Shown one piece after another: positions 20,305 through 30,949 of a DNA stretch of 64,000 bases (position 1 is its first letter; each line of letters opens with the position of its first letter). This stretch comes from an uncultured Verrucomicrobiae bacterium (GTDB taxonomy: Bacteria; Verrucomicrobiota; Verrucomicrobiia; Palsa-1439). The stretch lies in assembly GCA_963812605.1 (NCBI GenBank), contig CAWEWF010000007.1:58043-122042 (forward strand), written 5' to 3'. Both the position numbers and the translations under genes were made by a program. The notes beneath the pieces were generated by a model that saw only the letters and a list, made by a program, of their open reading frames with translations, was not told where the DNA came from and searched no databases.

Positions 20305-21594
20305 CGGCGCGAGCTGGGTGGCGTCTACCCGGTCTTGAAGTTGGGCGACCTCCGCGATTTTCTCATCCACCACCAACGTCGCCCAGTTATTTGGATCAGA
20401 ATCGCCAGCGGGCACGCGGCCATGCGATCCCTTGACAAGGAACGGGTCGACGGCGGTCGCGGGCTTGAACGTGCGGGCCATGCGGCGCCAATCGAACCAT
20501 AATTCGCACGGGTCGTACCCGGGCTTGCGGTGGATGTCCACGAAGCGGGCAAATTCGGGGGCTTTGTTCCAATCCATCCACCAGTAATAGGCAAACCACT
20601 TGTCGGGCGGAGCCACGGCGATCAACTCGCCCGCGCGCGGGTGGTCGATGATTGCCCAATCCAGCGGATGCGCGCTGGCGAGCGCGTGCCGCGCGGCCTG
20701 GATGGCCTGTGGTTTGCAAAAGATATGAGCAACTTGGTGATCCGCCATGGCGAACGCATCGCTCAATTCAAAATCCAGGTACTCTTTGCCGACGATTTCG
20801 CGGACATGCAGCAGACCGGCTTGTCGCAAGATACGGTTCGGACAAATCGCTTCGCGAACCGGCGCGAGCGAGTATTCGGAACAAACGATCATTGCGGCCT
20901 GGCTGGAAAATTCTTCCAGCAACTCCCCGACAACGCCGTCGATCTCACGCAAGGCTTCGTGAACCTGGGTCGAGTCCGGCCCGAATTTCTGCGATGCATA
21001 GTCAAGGTGCGGCAGGTACACGAGCAGCAAATTCGGTTTGTGTTTCCCCCACGTTTCCAGCGCCGCGTTGGCAATCCAGCGGCTCGAGGCCAGTGACGCG
21101 ATGGGGCCCCAGTAGGTCGGCAATTTGAAATCCCCGATTCGGGATTTCAGTTTTTCGTAGTAACCCGCGGGTTTCGAATAACACCATTGCACCAGGCCGC
21201 TGTCGAGATGCAACGGGCGCGGGGTGATGACAATATCGGAGTTGATGTACATCGAGTTTTGCCAGAACAACACGGCAGTCTTCAATTCGGGGCGCGGCCC
21301 CTTGAGTTGGTCCCACAATCGCGTCGCTTGGACGAGTTTGTCGGGCTGCTCCCAGAACTTCACCTCGTGCGCGTCGCGGTCGTAATAGCCATTCGCGATG
21401 ATGCCATGCTCGCTGGGCGGTTTGCCAGTGAGGAGGGTGGCTTGCATGGAGCAGGTCACGGCGGGGAAAGTCGGCCGCATGGGGCGCACCAGGCCGCGTT
21501 GCGCAAATTTCGCGAGATGGGGAATCAACTCGGGTCGCTCGAAGTGGTGCGGCGACAGTCCGGCGACGTTTAGTACGACCACGTGTTCAGTCAT
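20278..21594 (-). CDS. eboF: Alkaline phosphatase superfamily nucleotide pyrophosphatase (EboF-like)
   Basis: FPAVTCSMQAT, HGIIANG, YLPHLDY, SEY, DHQVAH, VDIHRKPGYDP, VKGSHG. Confidence 0.85.
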   Translation of the reverse strand: MTEHVVVLNVAGLSPHHFERPELIPHLAKFAQRGLVRPMRPTFPAVTCSMQATLLTGKPPSEHGIIANGYYDRDAHEVKFWEQPDKLVQATRLWDQLKGPRPELKTAVLFWQNSMYINSDIVITPRPLHLDSGLVQWCYSKPAGYYEKLKSRIGDFKLPTYWGPIASLASSRWIANAALETWGKHKPNLLLVYLPHLDYASQKFGPDSTQVHEALREIDGVVGELLEEFSSQAAMIVCSEYSLAPVREAICPNRILRQAGLLHVREIVGKEYLDFELSDAFAMADHQVAHIFCKPQAIQAARHALASAHPLDWAIIDHPRAGELIAVAPPDKWFAYYWWMDWNKAPEFARFVDIHRKPGYDPCELWFDWRRMARTFKPATAVDPFLVKGSHGRVPAGDSDPNNWATLVVDEKIAEVAQLQDRVDATQLAPLVCRLLLG

Positions 21595-21597
21595 GTC

Positions 21598-22305
21598 TCA
21601 CGTCATGGCGAAAACCCTGCCCAATACCAGGGCCGGGACCAACAATGACAGCACCAGCAGCGCGCCAATCCAATCTCCAAAGGGCGAAAACATGACAACC
21701 ACCGCATCGACCACGATGATCCCCAGGAGCAACCGCTTGATGATCTGCTGCAGGGCCGGATTGTTGGCTTCGCGGCGCGACAGGAAGGTGATGATGCCAG
21801 CATAGATTCCGACCGCTGCGGGCATCCACCACATACGGACCGGCAGGCAACGCATCCCGAGCAGGAAATTCGCAAAACGGCAGGTGCCGAGCACGAGCGG
21901 ACGCAACACAGCGAAGCGTCGCGCCCAGGCGTTGTAGAAAAAAATCATCGCGCCGAGGAAGACGCCCACGCCGAACGGAACCGGTCCCGCCAACGCCGCC
22001 AACGCCAATGCCGCGATCATCAGGGCTGATCCGAGCAACCACGCTGTTTTCAAAGTCACCGCGCCACTGGGCAACGGGCGTTCCGGGCGTTCCAGGGAAT
22101 CGAGGACGTAATCGAAACAATCGTTGAACACGATGCCGGAGGTGTAGAAGCAGGCCGACGCGCCCACCAGCAAAGGCAATTGCCAGGCCGGTGCGCCGCC
22201 GCCCACGGCGAACCAGCCGGCCAGCGGATCGGCCATCGCCGTAAAGGTGTTTGGCAACCGAAGCAATTGCACGTACGCGAGAAGTTTCGGGCGCTGGTTC
22301 GTCAT
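21598..22305 (-). CDS. eboC: UbiA family prenyltransferase (EboC-like)
   Basis: LLRLPNTFTAMAD, NDCFDYVLDSLERPERPLPSG, GTCRFANFLLG. Confidence 0.8.
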   Translation of the reverse strand: MTNQRPKLLAYVQLLRLPNTFTAMADPLAGWFAVGGGAPAWQLPLLVGASACFYTSGIVFNDCFDYVLDSLERPERPLPSGAVTLKTAWLLGSALMIAALALAALAGPVPFGVGVFLGAMIFFYNAWARRFAVLRPLVLGTCRFANFLLGMRCLPVRMWWMPAAVGIYAGIITFLSRREANNPALQQIIKRLLLGIIVVDAVVVMFSPFGDWIGALLVLSLLVPALVLGRVFAMT

Positions 22306-22393
22306 AGCCGCGTGATTGTTGCGAATGCACGGGCGCATTTCCAGTGGAATCGGACTGGAAATCCGCGGGCAGCTTGGCGACAATGCCGCGCCC

Positions 22394-24595
22394 ATGCACG
22401 GGAAACTTCTCAAGGTACTCTACGCCGCGGTCGTGGTATTGGCGCTGGCATTCCCGTTCCTGTTGGCGCTGGAGAAAGTTTCTGAATCGGACACTTTTTG
22501 GCACCTCAAAACTGGCGAATGGATTTTCAGCCACGGAGCGATACCGCGTACCGATCCATTCTCCGCGACCGTCTACGGGAAGCCATGGCTCGATTGGGAA
22601 TGGCTGTTTCAAGCGGGCATTTATGCCGTGTACACGTGGGGAGGATTCAAGGCGCTCGTGATGGCCAAGGCCGTGATCGTTTTCCTGACAGGGCTGGTGC
22701 TTTTCCTGGCATGCCGTCGCAATGGGGCCGGCTCGCCGCTGGCGGCGTTGTTGGTGATGGCGGCATTCGTCGCGGCGCGTGAACGGCTCGAAGTGCGGCC
22801 GGATGTGGTGATGCTGCTTTTCGCCGCTGTCACCGTCAGCTTGCTGGAAACAGCGCGGCGCGGGAAGCCGATGTGGTTGTGGGGGCTGCCGCTGGTGCAG
22901 TTGCTATGGGTCAACGTGCACGCGTCGTTTCCGCTCGGAATCGCACTGGCAGGAATCTACGGGCTGGTGCAGGGGATTGATTCGGCGCTGCGCAAACAGT
23001 GGCATTGCCTGCTGCTGATCGCGGCGACGTTCCTGCTGGTGTGCGCCGCCTGCCTGGTGAATCCCTTTGGAATCGAGTTGGTGCGCCATGCCATCGAGCA
23101 GACGAGAGGTTCGAGTCCCTCGGGCGCGATCGGCGAATGGCAGCCAACACGCCGGCTGTTGCTTACGGAACCCAATTGGGCCCTGACGTTTTTTTGGTGG
23201 TTGCTCTGGCTGAATCCGGTCGTGCTGATTGCTGTATTGGCGACCAAACGACGCGAGTTTCCCTGGTCGCACGCGCTGGTGGTGGCCGGGATGAGCGTGC
23301 TGGCCTTGCGCTATAACCGATTCACGGCGCTTTACGCCATCGTGACCGCGCCGATTCTTGCGCAGGGGCTGGCGGTGATCCGCGCGAGGATTGCGGGGAA
23401 GCAACACTCGGAGTGGGGAGAAACAACCGCGCGGGTACTAACCGGTATTGCGGCCGCGTTCCTGATATTCGTGGTCGTAACGAATCGTTGGGCAGTGGCG
23501 GAGAATCGCCCTCCGAAATTTGGAGTGGGCGTGGATGAGTCGGTGGTGCCATTTCGGGCGCTGTCGATGATGGCAAAACTGCCGGCGGGATTGAACGTCT
23601 TCAATACCTTCCTCTCCGGCGGGCCGCTGCTGTGGAGGGATTACCCACAATGGCGGCCCTTCTGCGATGGACGCGCGAACCTATACGGGCGCGAATTTGT
23701 GGACCGCTACCGGCGGGCCATGTTCGATCCCGCGGACTGGGAGGCTTGGATGCAGGAGCGGTCGGTATCGGTGGCTTACCTGCAGTACGGCACGGCGGAT
23801 GACCGCACCTTGCTGCAATACCTGGTGAAAAGCCATGTGTGGGACCTGCTCTATTTTGATCACGCAGCCTGTATTTTTGTGCACCAGAGTTCGTGGGCCA
23901 AATTGCGCGCGGACGCGCAACTGGCGGATTACAAACCCGTGCATGTAACTGACACGAACGCCCTTCTCGCGTACGCGCGCGAGCTGGCCGACGAAACGGC
24001 CGGCGGAAATTCATACCGCCGGGCGCGCGTGGTGGCGACGGTCGGAAATTTCCTCATGGCGATCGGCGCGGTCGATACGGCGGGGGCGTTGTTTGAGGAT
24101 GCCGTGGCGATCAACCCGCGTCCTTCCGAGGCCTGGATGAACCTGGCGGTCATCAACCTCGACGAAGGCAAAACAACGGAGGCCTTGGGGTTTGCGGGAA
24201 AATTGCTGGCGCAAAACCCGCGCTACTTCTACGCGCGTTTGTTGGAAGCGCAGGTCAAGGCTACGGACGGCGACCTGGATGGCGCCGTGGCCGATGTGGA
24301 CGCCGTGGTCAGCGAGCAACCACATTCCGCGCAGGCGTGGTTGCTGCGGGCGCAGTTGGCGGCGCGACAGGGGGACCGTCCTGCGGCAATCCGCGCGATC
24401 CAACATACGATCGCCGAGCAGGTTGAGGACGCGCATTTATTCCTGTTCCTCGGGCAATTGCTGGTGGCCGAGGGACGGACCAATGAAGCGGTGAGCGCTT
24501 ACGAAAAGTGCCTGCAACTCTGGAATGGCCCGCCGAAACAGCGAGCGCAGATCGAAATAGATTTGGCGAAGCTGCATCCGCTCGTGACGAAATAA
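22394..24595 (+). CDS. Polytopic membrane protein (GT-C-like N-terminus) with C-terminal TPRs
   Basis: DTFWHLKTGEWI..IPRTDPFS, EWLFQ, RPD, LWVNVHASF, IGEWQP, FCDGRANLY; TPR-like tail. Confidence 0.75.
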   Translation: MHGKLLKVLYAAVVVLALAFPFLLALEKVSESDTFWHLKTGEWIFSHGAIPRTDPFSATVYGKPWLDWEWLFQAGIYAVYTWGGFKALVMAKAVIVFLTGLVLFLACRRNGAGSPLAALLVMAAFVAARERLEVRPDVVMLLFAAVTVSLLETARRGKPMWLWGLPLVQLLWVNVHASFPLGIALAGIYGLVQGIDSALRKQWHCLLLIAATFLLVCAACLVNPFGIELVRHAIEQTRGSSPSGAIGEWQPTRRLLLTEPNWALTFFWWLLWLNPVVLIAVLATKRREFPWSHALVVAGMSVLALRYNRFTALYAIVTAPILAQGLAVIRARIAGKQHSEWGETTARVLTGIAAAFLIFVVVTNRWAVAENRPPKFGVGVDESVVPFRALSMMAKLPAGLNVFNTFLSGGPLLWRDYPQWRPFCDGRANLYGREFVDRYRRAMFDPADWEAWMQERSVSVAYLQYGTADDRTLLQYLVKSHVWDLLYFDHAACIFVHQSSWAKLRADAQLADYKPVHVTDTNALLAYARELADETAGGNSYRRARVVATVGNFLMAIGAVDTAGALFEDAVAINPRPSEAWMNLAVINLDEGKTTEALGFAGKLLAQNPRYFYARLLEAQVKATDGDLDGAVADVDAVVSEQPHSAQAWLLRAQLAARQGDRPAAIRAIQHTIAEQVEDAHLFLFLGQLLVAEGRTNEAVSAYEKCLQLWNGPPKQRAQIEIDLAKLHPLVTK

Positions 24596-24674
24596 AATCG
24601 GAATGAGCGTTGTGGCCGTGGATCGGACCCGCAACCAAACGACCTTATACCATGGACTATTCCCGCGATCTACG

Positions 24675-25724
24675 CTACTGCGCCTCGGGCGGAACATTGC
24701 TGGGGGCGGCCGCGGGGCTCGCCGATGGAGCCGGGGCCGCGCTGGCAGAGGACGGCGCAAGACTTGACGGATCTGCTGTCGCCAGCGAAGTATCGACCTT
24801 GATAAGGTCGCCCGTTTTCACCTGGAATGTGCCGTCGAGTCTGGCTTTGGCATATTTTTCCTGAACATCGGTGACCGTGACCGAACCGACTCGTTTCTGG
24901 TCTACGCCGAGCGATTCGCCGGTGTCGGGGTCCACCAGTGCTTCCCCGACGCTGAACAACGCAAATCGGTCGCCAACGGAAGTCCCGGAGCGGGCCCCCG
25001 CATTCACAAAGACCCCGTCCATGGTGACCTTGATGACGTGCGCCTCGAATGGCACACTCCTCAGGCGGTCCGAGATCTTTTGCACCGCACTGTCGATGGC
25101 GATTTGCACGGCTTTGCCCATCGGCGTTTTGTTGAAACCTTTCTGACCAAAGCTGGCTACGCCAACGTTCACACCGACACTCGTGCCGCCCGAGGCGACT
25201 TTCCCCTCGACGCGCTGCGAGTCCAACACCTGACCGCTGCTCGTATCGACCAGTTGAATGATCAGGCCAACATGCGCCTCCGATTTATTATTGCCGAGAC
25301 TGAGGGGGCCAAACCCAAAGCCGGAGCTGTTTCCAGCACTCTTGCTCTCAAATTCGGTGATGCTACCCTTCACGAGCGCCTGGGCGGCGATCAGTTTCCC
25401 GGTTTTCGCGGTCTTGGAGGCGGCTGATTGCCCGCTGGCGCTGAGTTTTTGCTCATCCTGGATGTCATCGAGCGTCTTGCGCTCCACAACGATGAACTCC
25501 CCACTCTGCACAAGGGCGTCGCTCAACTGGTCGGCCATGTTATCACCCAGCGCGCTCTCATTGTCGCCACTCTTGTTTTCAAACCGCGATACGGCGACGA
25601 TTTTTTTCAGGCCTGCAGCGTTGGCATTGGGCACTGAGCATGGAATCGACGCGAACGCCGCCGCCAACCCGTATGCCACCGCTCTCCTGCGAAGTATTCT
25701 TTTCATGGCTGCTTTCTCCTCCAT
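24675..25724 (-). CDS. CsgG/HfaB-like exported protein with FlgT-C-like tail
   Basis: Signal peptide; VAVSRFENKS, LVQSGEFIVVER, GSITEF, VDTSSGQV, LVDPDTGESLG. Confidence 0.8.
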   Translation of the reverse strand: MEEKAAMKRILRRRAVAYGLAAAFASIPCSVPNANAAGLKKIVAVSRFENKSGDNESALGDNMADQLSDALVQSGEFIVVERKTLDDIQDEQKLSASGQSAASKTAKTGKLIAAQALVKGSITEFESKSAGNSSGFGFGPLSLGNNKSEAHVGLIIQLVDTSSGQVLDSQRVEGKVASGGTSVGVNVGVASFGQKGFNKTPMGKAVQIAIDSAVQKISDRLRSVPFEAHVIKVTMDGVFVNAGARSGTSVGDRFALFSVGEALVDPDTGESLGVDQKRVGSVTVTDVQEKYAKARLDGTFQVKTGDLIKVDTSLATADPSSLAPSSASAAPAPSASPAAAPSNVPPEAQ

Positions 25725-25751
25725 TTGTTGAATTTGTTTTTTGCGCGCGAG

Positions 25752-27203
25752 TTAGGAACTGGCCGTGCGTTTCAACTGGGCAACACGTTCGTCCTTGTTG
25801 GCGCTGGATTGCTTATCGTTCTTCTCTTTCTTATCGGCCTTATCCTTATCACCCTTATCGTTCTTCTCTTTTCCTTCCGGCTTGCCCTCTTGCTGCCCTG
25901 GCTTTCCATGCTCGCCCGCCTCAGGATGTTCGCCCGGACGGGATTCGCCGGGGTGCTTGTCGTTGGAGCGGGAGTCGCCCGGGTGTTTTTCGTCCGAGCG
26001 AGATTCAGCGCGCCGTTCATTATCGCGAGCCTGATCGCGAGCCTGCGCAGCATGGACTTCCGCCGTATGAGCGTTCTGGCGCTCGGTCACTATCCGTTGA
26101 TGATCCTCGCGCATTACCATGCGGTCATGAGCCCGGAGTTCATCATGGCGGAATTCTTCCACTTTGTGCTCCGTGAAACGTTCCAGGTGCTCCCGATCCA
26201 TTCCTTCGTGGATGTATCGGCCATATTCATCCCTCCGAAACCGGTTGATTTCACTTCGGCCAAATTCGCGGCGAAACTCTTCGCCCCGCAAGATATAGCG
26301 GTGGTAATCGTGTTCCCAGAAGTGCTCGCGACCGACGAATACATAAAATGAGGCGGCGTAACCAAAGTCGTAGTCAGCCCCATAGCGACGGCCGCCATAG
26401 GTCCAGCCGCCATCGACAAATAGCGCGCCGGGCGGTAGCGGCGCCCAACCCATGTATCCTTCCGAATGCCGCCAGAAAACCCAAGACGGCGCGTATTGAT
26501 AGCCCGGTACCCAGACCCAGCCATAGGCGCCCGCGTATGTCCACGAGCCATAATGGAACACAACCGAACCCCAGGGATTATCCGACTGCCAATACATACC
26601 TGCGTCGCTATACACCCAGTGCCCGCCGTCATAATACGGACGCCAGCCGGACTCGACGGTCGGTTGCCAGCACTGGCCGTATCCCGGCACATCAACCCAG
26701 GAGCCGTAAGGAGAAAGTTGTCCCTGGACGTAGTCGAAGTTGACCACCGGTTCTGCGGACGAAGGAGGAGCGGCGACAGAGCCGGATGATTGTTCGCCGC
26801 CGCCGGTCTCAGGAGCCGGAGGGGTCGAAGGCGCAGACGGCGGAGGAGGCAGGGACGCCGACGCAGAAGGAGGGGCGGGAGCAGGCGTCGGGGCGCTTGT
26901 GCCACTGGCTTGCAACAACGCCGTGATCACATTCTGGGAGACGCCCTGGTTCTTGAGGTAAATCATTTGTTCCGTGGTGAGGTCGTAAGACGCGCCAGCC
27001 TTTTTGACCTTGGCCAGGATGATATCTTCGCTCATTCCGGCTTTGGTAAGTTTCACAACGTCGTCCACTCCGGCGGGGACATCGACCGCTCCCGACTGCG
27101 CCAGCGCCACGGTCGCCAGCATCCCGAAACGTCCGCTCAAGGCGATGCAGGTCACCCCAATAGCAAGTGTTACCATCACGTCTGCCAGTCTTGCTGTCTT
27201 CAT
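25752..27203 (-). CDS. Exported Trp/Tyr/Gly-rich protein (DUF6600-like) with Pro-rich linker and charged tail
   Basis: LSPYGSWVDVPGYG.CWQP, WRPY..GHWVY, PWG..FHYGSW, GWAPLPP; 10-aa repeats ESRSDEKHPG/DSRSNDKHPG. Confidence 0.75.
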   Translation of the reverse strand: MKTARLADVMVTLAIGVTCIALSGRFGMLATVALAQSGAVDVPAGVDDVVKLTKAGMSEDIILAKVKKAGASYDLTTEQMIYLKNQGVSQNVITALLQASGTSAPTPAPAPPSASASLPPPPSAPSTPPAPETGGGEQSSGSVAAPPSSAEPVVNFDYVQGQLSPYGSWVDVPGYGQCWQPTVESGWRPYYDGGHWVYSDAGMYWQSDNPWGSVVFHYGSWTYAGAYGWVWVPGYQYAPSWVFWRHSEGYMGWAPLPPGALFVDGGWTYGGRRYGADYDFGYAASFYVFVGREHFWEHDYHRYILRGEEFRREFGRSEINRFRRDEYGRYIHEGMDREHLERFTEHKVEEFRHDELRAHDRMVMREDHQRIVTERQNAHTAEVHAAQARDQARDNERRAESRSDEKHPGDSRSNDKHPGESRPGEHPEAGEHGKPGQQEGKPEGKEKNDKGDKDKADKKEKNDKQSSANKDERVAQLKRTASS

Positions 27204-27384
27204 AGTATCTCCTGAATTGGCTTTGATTCCGCTATCGTTTGGTTACCAGGGCGTGTTTCATTGCGCCCTCATCGCCTATACGGTTCCACTCGCCCGATCT
27301 TGCAGAAAAACACCAACCAGCAAGACCATGGAGCATATGTCGTTACCACCCTTGAGGTCAAGATTGGACTGGAACCTGAAGGTT

Positions 27385-29509
27385 CTAGGGGGGAACACCG
27401 ATGCTGGTCGACTTCGAGGTCAAGGTGCTTACGGCGCCGGTTGGCGACATCCGGCGGATCACTTGATTCCCCCTGTCCGCCACGTAGATATTATTCTGAT
27501 CGTCCACCGCGATCCCTTGCGGATCATTGAACCGCGCATTGCCGCCAAGGCCATCAACAATGCCGCGTTGTCCAACGGCCCCGGCCACCGTGGTCACGAC
27601 GCCCGCGGGGGTGATTTTGCGTATCGTGTTATTGTACGTGTCCGCCACGTAGAAATTCCCTTCCTTGTCCATCCCAATTCCTTGGGGACGGTTAAACAAC
27701 GCCTCTGCACCCAGGCCATCGGTGGCGCCCGCTTGCCCGGCCGTACCCGCCACCGTGGTCACGACACCTGCCGGGGTGATTTTGCGTATCGTGTTGTTGT
27801 AGGTGTCGGTCACGTAGACATTGCCTTCCTTATCGACCGCCAAGCCCTTGTTTTGGTCACTGAATCGGGCGCTGGCACCCGTGCCGTCGGCGCTGCCGGC
27901 GTGCCGCGGCGTCCCCGCCAAGGTGCTGACGACGCCCGCCGGCGTGATCTTGCGAATCGTGTACATGTCGGCGACGTAAACATTACCGGCATCGTCCACG
28001 GCGACTCCTGACGGCACGCTAAATCGTGCCTCGCTGCCGGCCCCATCAACGGTCCCGGGGGTTCCAGCCTTTCCGGCCAGGGTGCTGACGCCGCCTGTGG
28101 GTGTGATCTTCCGGATGGTGTAAGAATCAGCCACGTAGATATTGCCGGCTTTGTCGACGGCGATTCCCCGAAGAATGCTAAACCGCGCATCGCCGTGGTT
28201 GCCATTGAGGACGCCGGGAGTTCTGCGTTTTCCAGCCAGTTCCGCCATTATCCGCGCGGGCGTGATCTTCGAGACAAGGTTGTTGTCCTCGTCCGCGACA
28301 TAAATGTTACCGGAGCTGTCCGCGGCAACCGCCCGAAGGTTTTGAAAGATCAACGGCTGTACGGGCTCGGTGGGTGCGGCCGGCGACAGCCGGGGCGGTC
28401 GATGTGATCGGTGTTGCGGGGACGATTGGCGCAGTTGATCGGCGCAGCAGGAAGACCTCCGCGACAAGGCCCACCAAGCCCACGAGAATCCAGACAGTCT
28501 TCGGAATTCGTCGAACCCCTTTCATGGTCTGGCGCACTTTGCGGCCCATGTCCCGATGCCCTACGAGTTCCTTGCTCTCTTTGATCCGCTCCAGGTCGGC
28601 GAGGACGTCCGTCATGTCGGCATATCGATTCCGGAGTTCGCGCGCCATCGCTCCTTCGGCCACCGTGACCAGCCGGGGATCGGCATTTGGATTCAGGATG
28701 GCAATGGATTTGGGCGGACCGGACAGGATTTGCTCCAGGATTTCCTTGGTGGTTTGGCCAGTATAAGGAGGCTGTCCGGTCAACATCTCGTAGAGCACCG
28801 CGCCGAACGCGTAGATGTCGCAACGCGTGTCTTCGGCATGACCGGCCGCAACCGCGGGCGACATATAGGGCGCGGTGCCTTCGCATTGCTGGCTCTCCAC
28901 GTTCACGATCGAGTCGTTGAACAGGGTGCGCGCCAGGCCGAAGTCGGCCAGACAAGCCTTGTCATTGGCCGCCAGTAGAATGTTGGCCGGCTTGAGGTCG
29001 CGATGGATGATCCCGCGTTGGTGGGCAAATTGCAAGGCCTCGGCGACCTGGGAAGCGATATCGAGAATCAACGACGACTCCAATCCCCGGCGAACCTCGA
29101 TTCGTCTAGCAAGGCTCCCCCGCTCGAAAAAGGGCATGACCAGATAAGGGCCTTCGACGCGGTTTGAAACCTCCAGCACGGGCACCACGTTGGTATGTCG
29201 CAAGCGCCGCATATGCCCGGCCTCCTTGACAAACAGGCGCACCGCCCGCGGATTCTCCGCCAAATCCGGTCGGACCATTTTGACCGCGACATCCAGGCCC
29301 GTGTTTGGATCCCGCGCCTGCAGTACGACGCCCATTCCACCGCCACCCAAAACTCGCAGGACTTCGAACCGATCCACCATGGCCAGCACACCTGGTCGCG
29401 AAGGCGGAGAAAGCATGCGCTGACCCACGAGCTCGGCGATCGGTCCGACGAATGACGAAGCCGGCCGGGTCGCTTGGTCAGGCTGCTCTCGTATGGTCTC
29501 TTCGTTCAT
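27385..29509 (-). CDS. Ser/Thr protein kinase - TM - NHL repeat beta-propeller (one frameshift near 28370-28400)
   Basis: LGGGGMGVV, VAVK, HRDLKPAN, DFG, GTAPYMSP; TM segment; about six NHL repeats (GIAVD..GNIYVAD..NTIRKITP.G.V.T.AG) in the next frame. Confidence 0.88.
27584..27795. repeat. 165-bp-period internal repeat (NHL units)
   Basis: GCCACCGTGGTCACGAC...GGGGTGATTTTGCGTATCGTGTT recurs at 27584 and 27749. Confidence 0.85.
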
Positions 29510-29518
29510 GACAGCGCA

Positions 29519-30052
29519 TCACCGGTCGGCTTTCTTCGAAATTTTTTCCACGGCCGCGAGCAGCAAAGCCTTGGTTTCTTCATCGACCCAGGGCTGGTCT
29601 TTGGCCCACAGCAGGCCGCGCCGCAGGTCGGCGTCCTTGAGTTGTGAAATCCGCGTGTCGAGGCGGACGAGCGCGACGGCGATGCTGGTGTAGTAAAGCG
29701 CGCTCACGATTTCCGCCGGCAAACCGCTCTCGGGATGATCCAGGTTTGCCTTGGCAAAATCCTTGGTGAGCTTCAGCAGTTCGACCGGCGGAGATGAATG
29801 ATGAAAGAGGTCGGAAAAGCTTTTCAGGAGCAATCCCTGGGCATCGCTCAGCGTCTTCAACCTCACGGCGGTCCCGGGATCAAACCCGCCCAGATCCAAC
29901 AATACGGGCGACCGCATTTGGTGTTGGAAGATGGCGGCCAATTCCTCCGGTAGCCAGAGTCTGGCGCCTTCAGCCCCCGCTTTCATCAACGCGGCGAGAC
30001 GTTTGGGCCGGCTTTTGAATACAGCTTCCGATGAGTCAGATTCGGACATCAT
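29519..30052 (-). CDS. Hypothetical helical protein between ECF sigma and kinase
   Basis: 177-aa ORF with AGGA RBS; co-oriented, 9 bp from the kinase start. Confidence 0.7.
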   Translation of the reverse strand: MMSESDSSEAVFKSRPKRLAALMKAGAEGARLWLPEELAAIFQHQMRSPVLLDLGGFDPGTAVRLKTLSDAQGLLLKSFSDLFHHSSPPVELLKLTKDFAKANLDHPESGLPAEIVSALYYTSIAVALVRLDTRISQLKDADLRRGLLWAKDQPWVDEETKALLLAAVEKISKKADR

Positions 30053-30104
30053 GATCCTACTATCTATACGGGTTTCGTTGGTGAATCTTGCACGTCAGTT
30101 GATT

Positions 30105-30841
30105 TCAGCCCCGGTTCGCCATTCGTGATACAAACTCTTCCAGCGCTTTGACTTCCGCCGCTGTCGCCGCATCCTGCTCGGCGTATTCTTGGATAACTTT
30201 ATTCAGGTGCATCTTGAATATGCGCTTGGCGCTCAACAACATGTTGGACGCGTCCGTCGGCGACCGCAGCCCGAAGCGCTCAATCAATTGATCATAGGGC
30301 GCTGGGCTCGCATCGTCAAAAATCGGCGCCAACAGGCGGATGCGGAACATCTCCCAGATGTAACCGCGCCGCGGCTGGTCCCGGCGGAGCCCTGGCAATC
30401 GGTTTCCATCCGTCGCAGCGTCTCGGCGAGCACGGTACGAACCCAGGTCAGGTCGAATTCTTCCGAAGCCGCCGCCTCGCTGGGCAATTCCTGCCCCAAC
30501 TCTTCCAGCGACACGGGCGCATGCTTTACGTCGGCTCGACTCAAGCGATCGCGAACGAAATTCCGCAGACTGGTCTTCAGGAAATGGCGAAACTGCCCGC
30601 GGCTTCGGTCGGCCCGCTGCAGCCAGCCTTTTTTGAGGATCTTGTCCTCGGCAAATTCCTGGAGCACGACTTCCGCGTCGTCCCTCAGTGTGGGAAAGGT
30701 CGCGACCAGGAAAATCTTCAGTGGTGACCAATACAAACGGATGAGCCGATCAAGGCGCACCTCATCTCCCTCGGCCGCCTTGCCCAACTCGGTCCAGTCG
30801 GTTCGAGGAAAGATGGAACTGGCTTGTGGTTCAGGAGACAT
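30105..30841 (-). CDS. ECF-type sigma factor of the kinase-associated type (frameshift near 30390)
   Basis: FPRTDWTEL, LIRLYWSPL, DRSRGQFRHFLKTSLRNF, EEFDLTW; second frame continues WEMFR..PYDQL..ASNMLLSAKRIF. Confidence 0.75.
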
Positions 30842-30949
30842 CACCGTAACACACTTCACCAGAATAGGTTGCCTTTTACAAGCCGTTTCGGGGTGTCCTG
30901 CGGGAGACTGTGGGCCAGGGCTTAATGTAGAATCGAATTACGGACCATG

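Noticed and set aside
25900-26010. 30-bp-period repeats
   Set aside because: They encode low-complexity peptide repeats in the DUF6600-like tail; not a CRISPR array.
27480-28330. ~165-bp periodic repeats considered as CRISPR or DGR template/variable repeats
   Set aside because: Explained by NHL protein repeats; no cas or reverse transcriptase gene is present.
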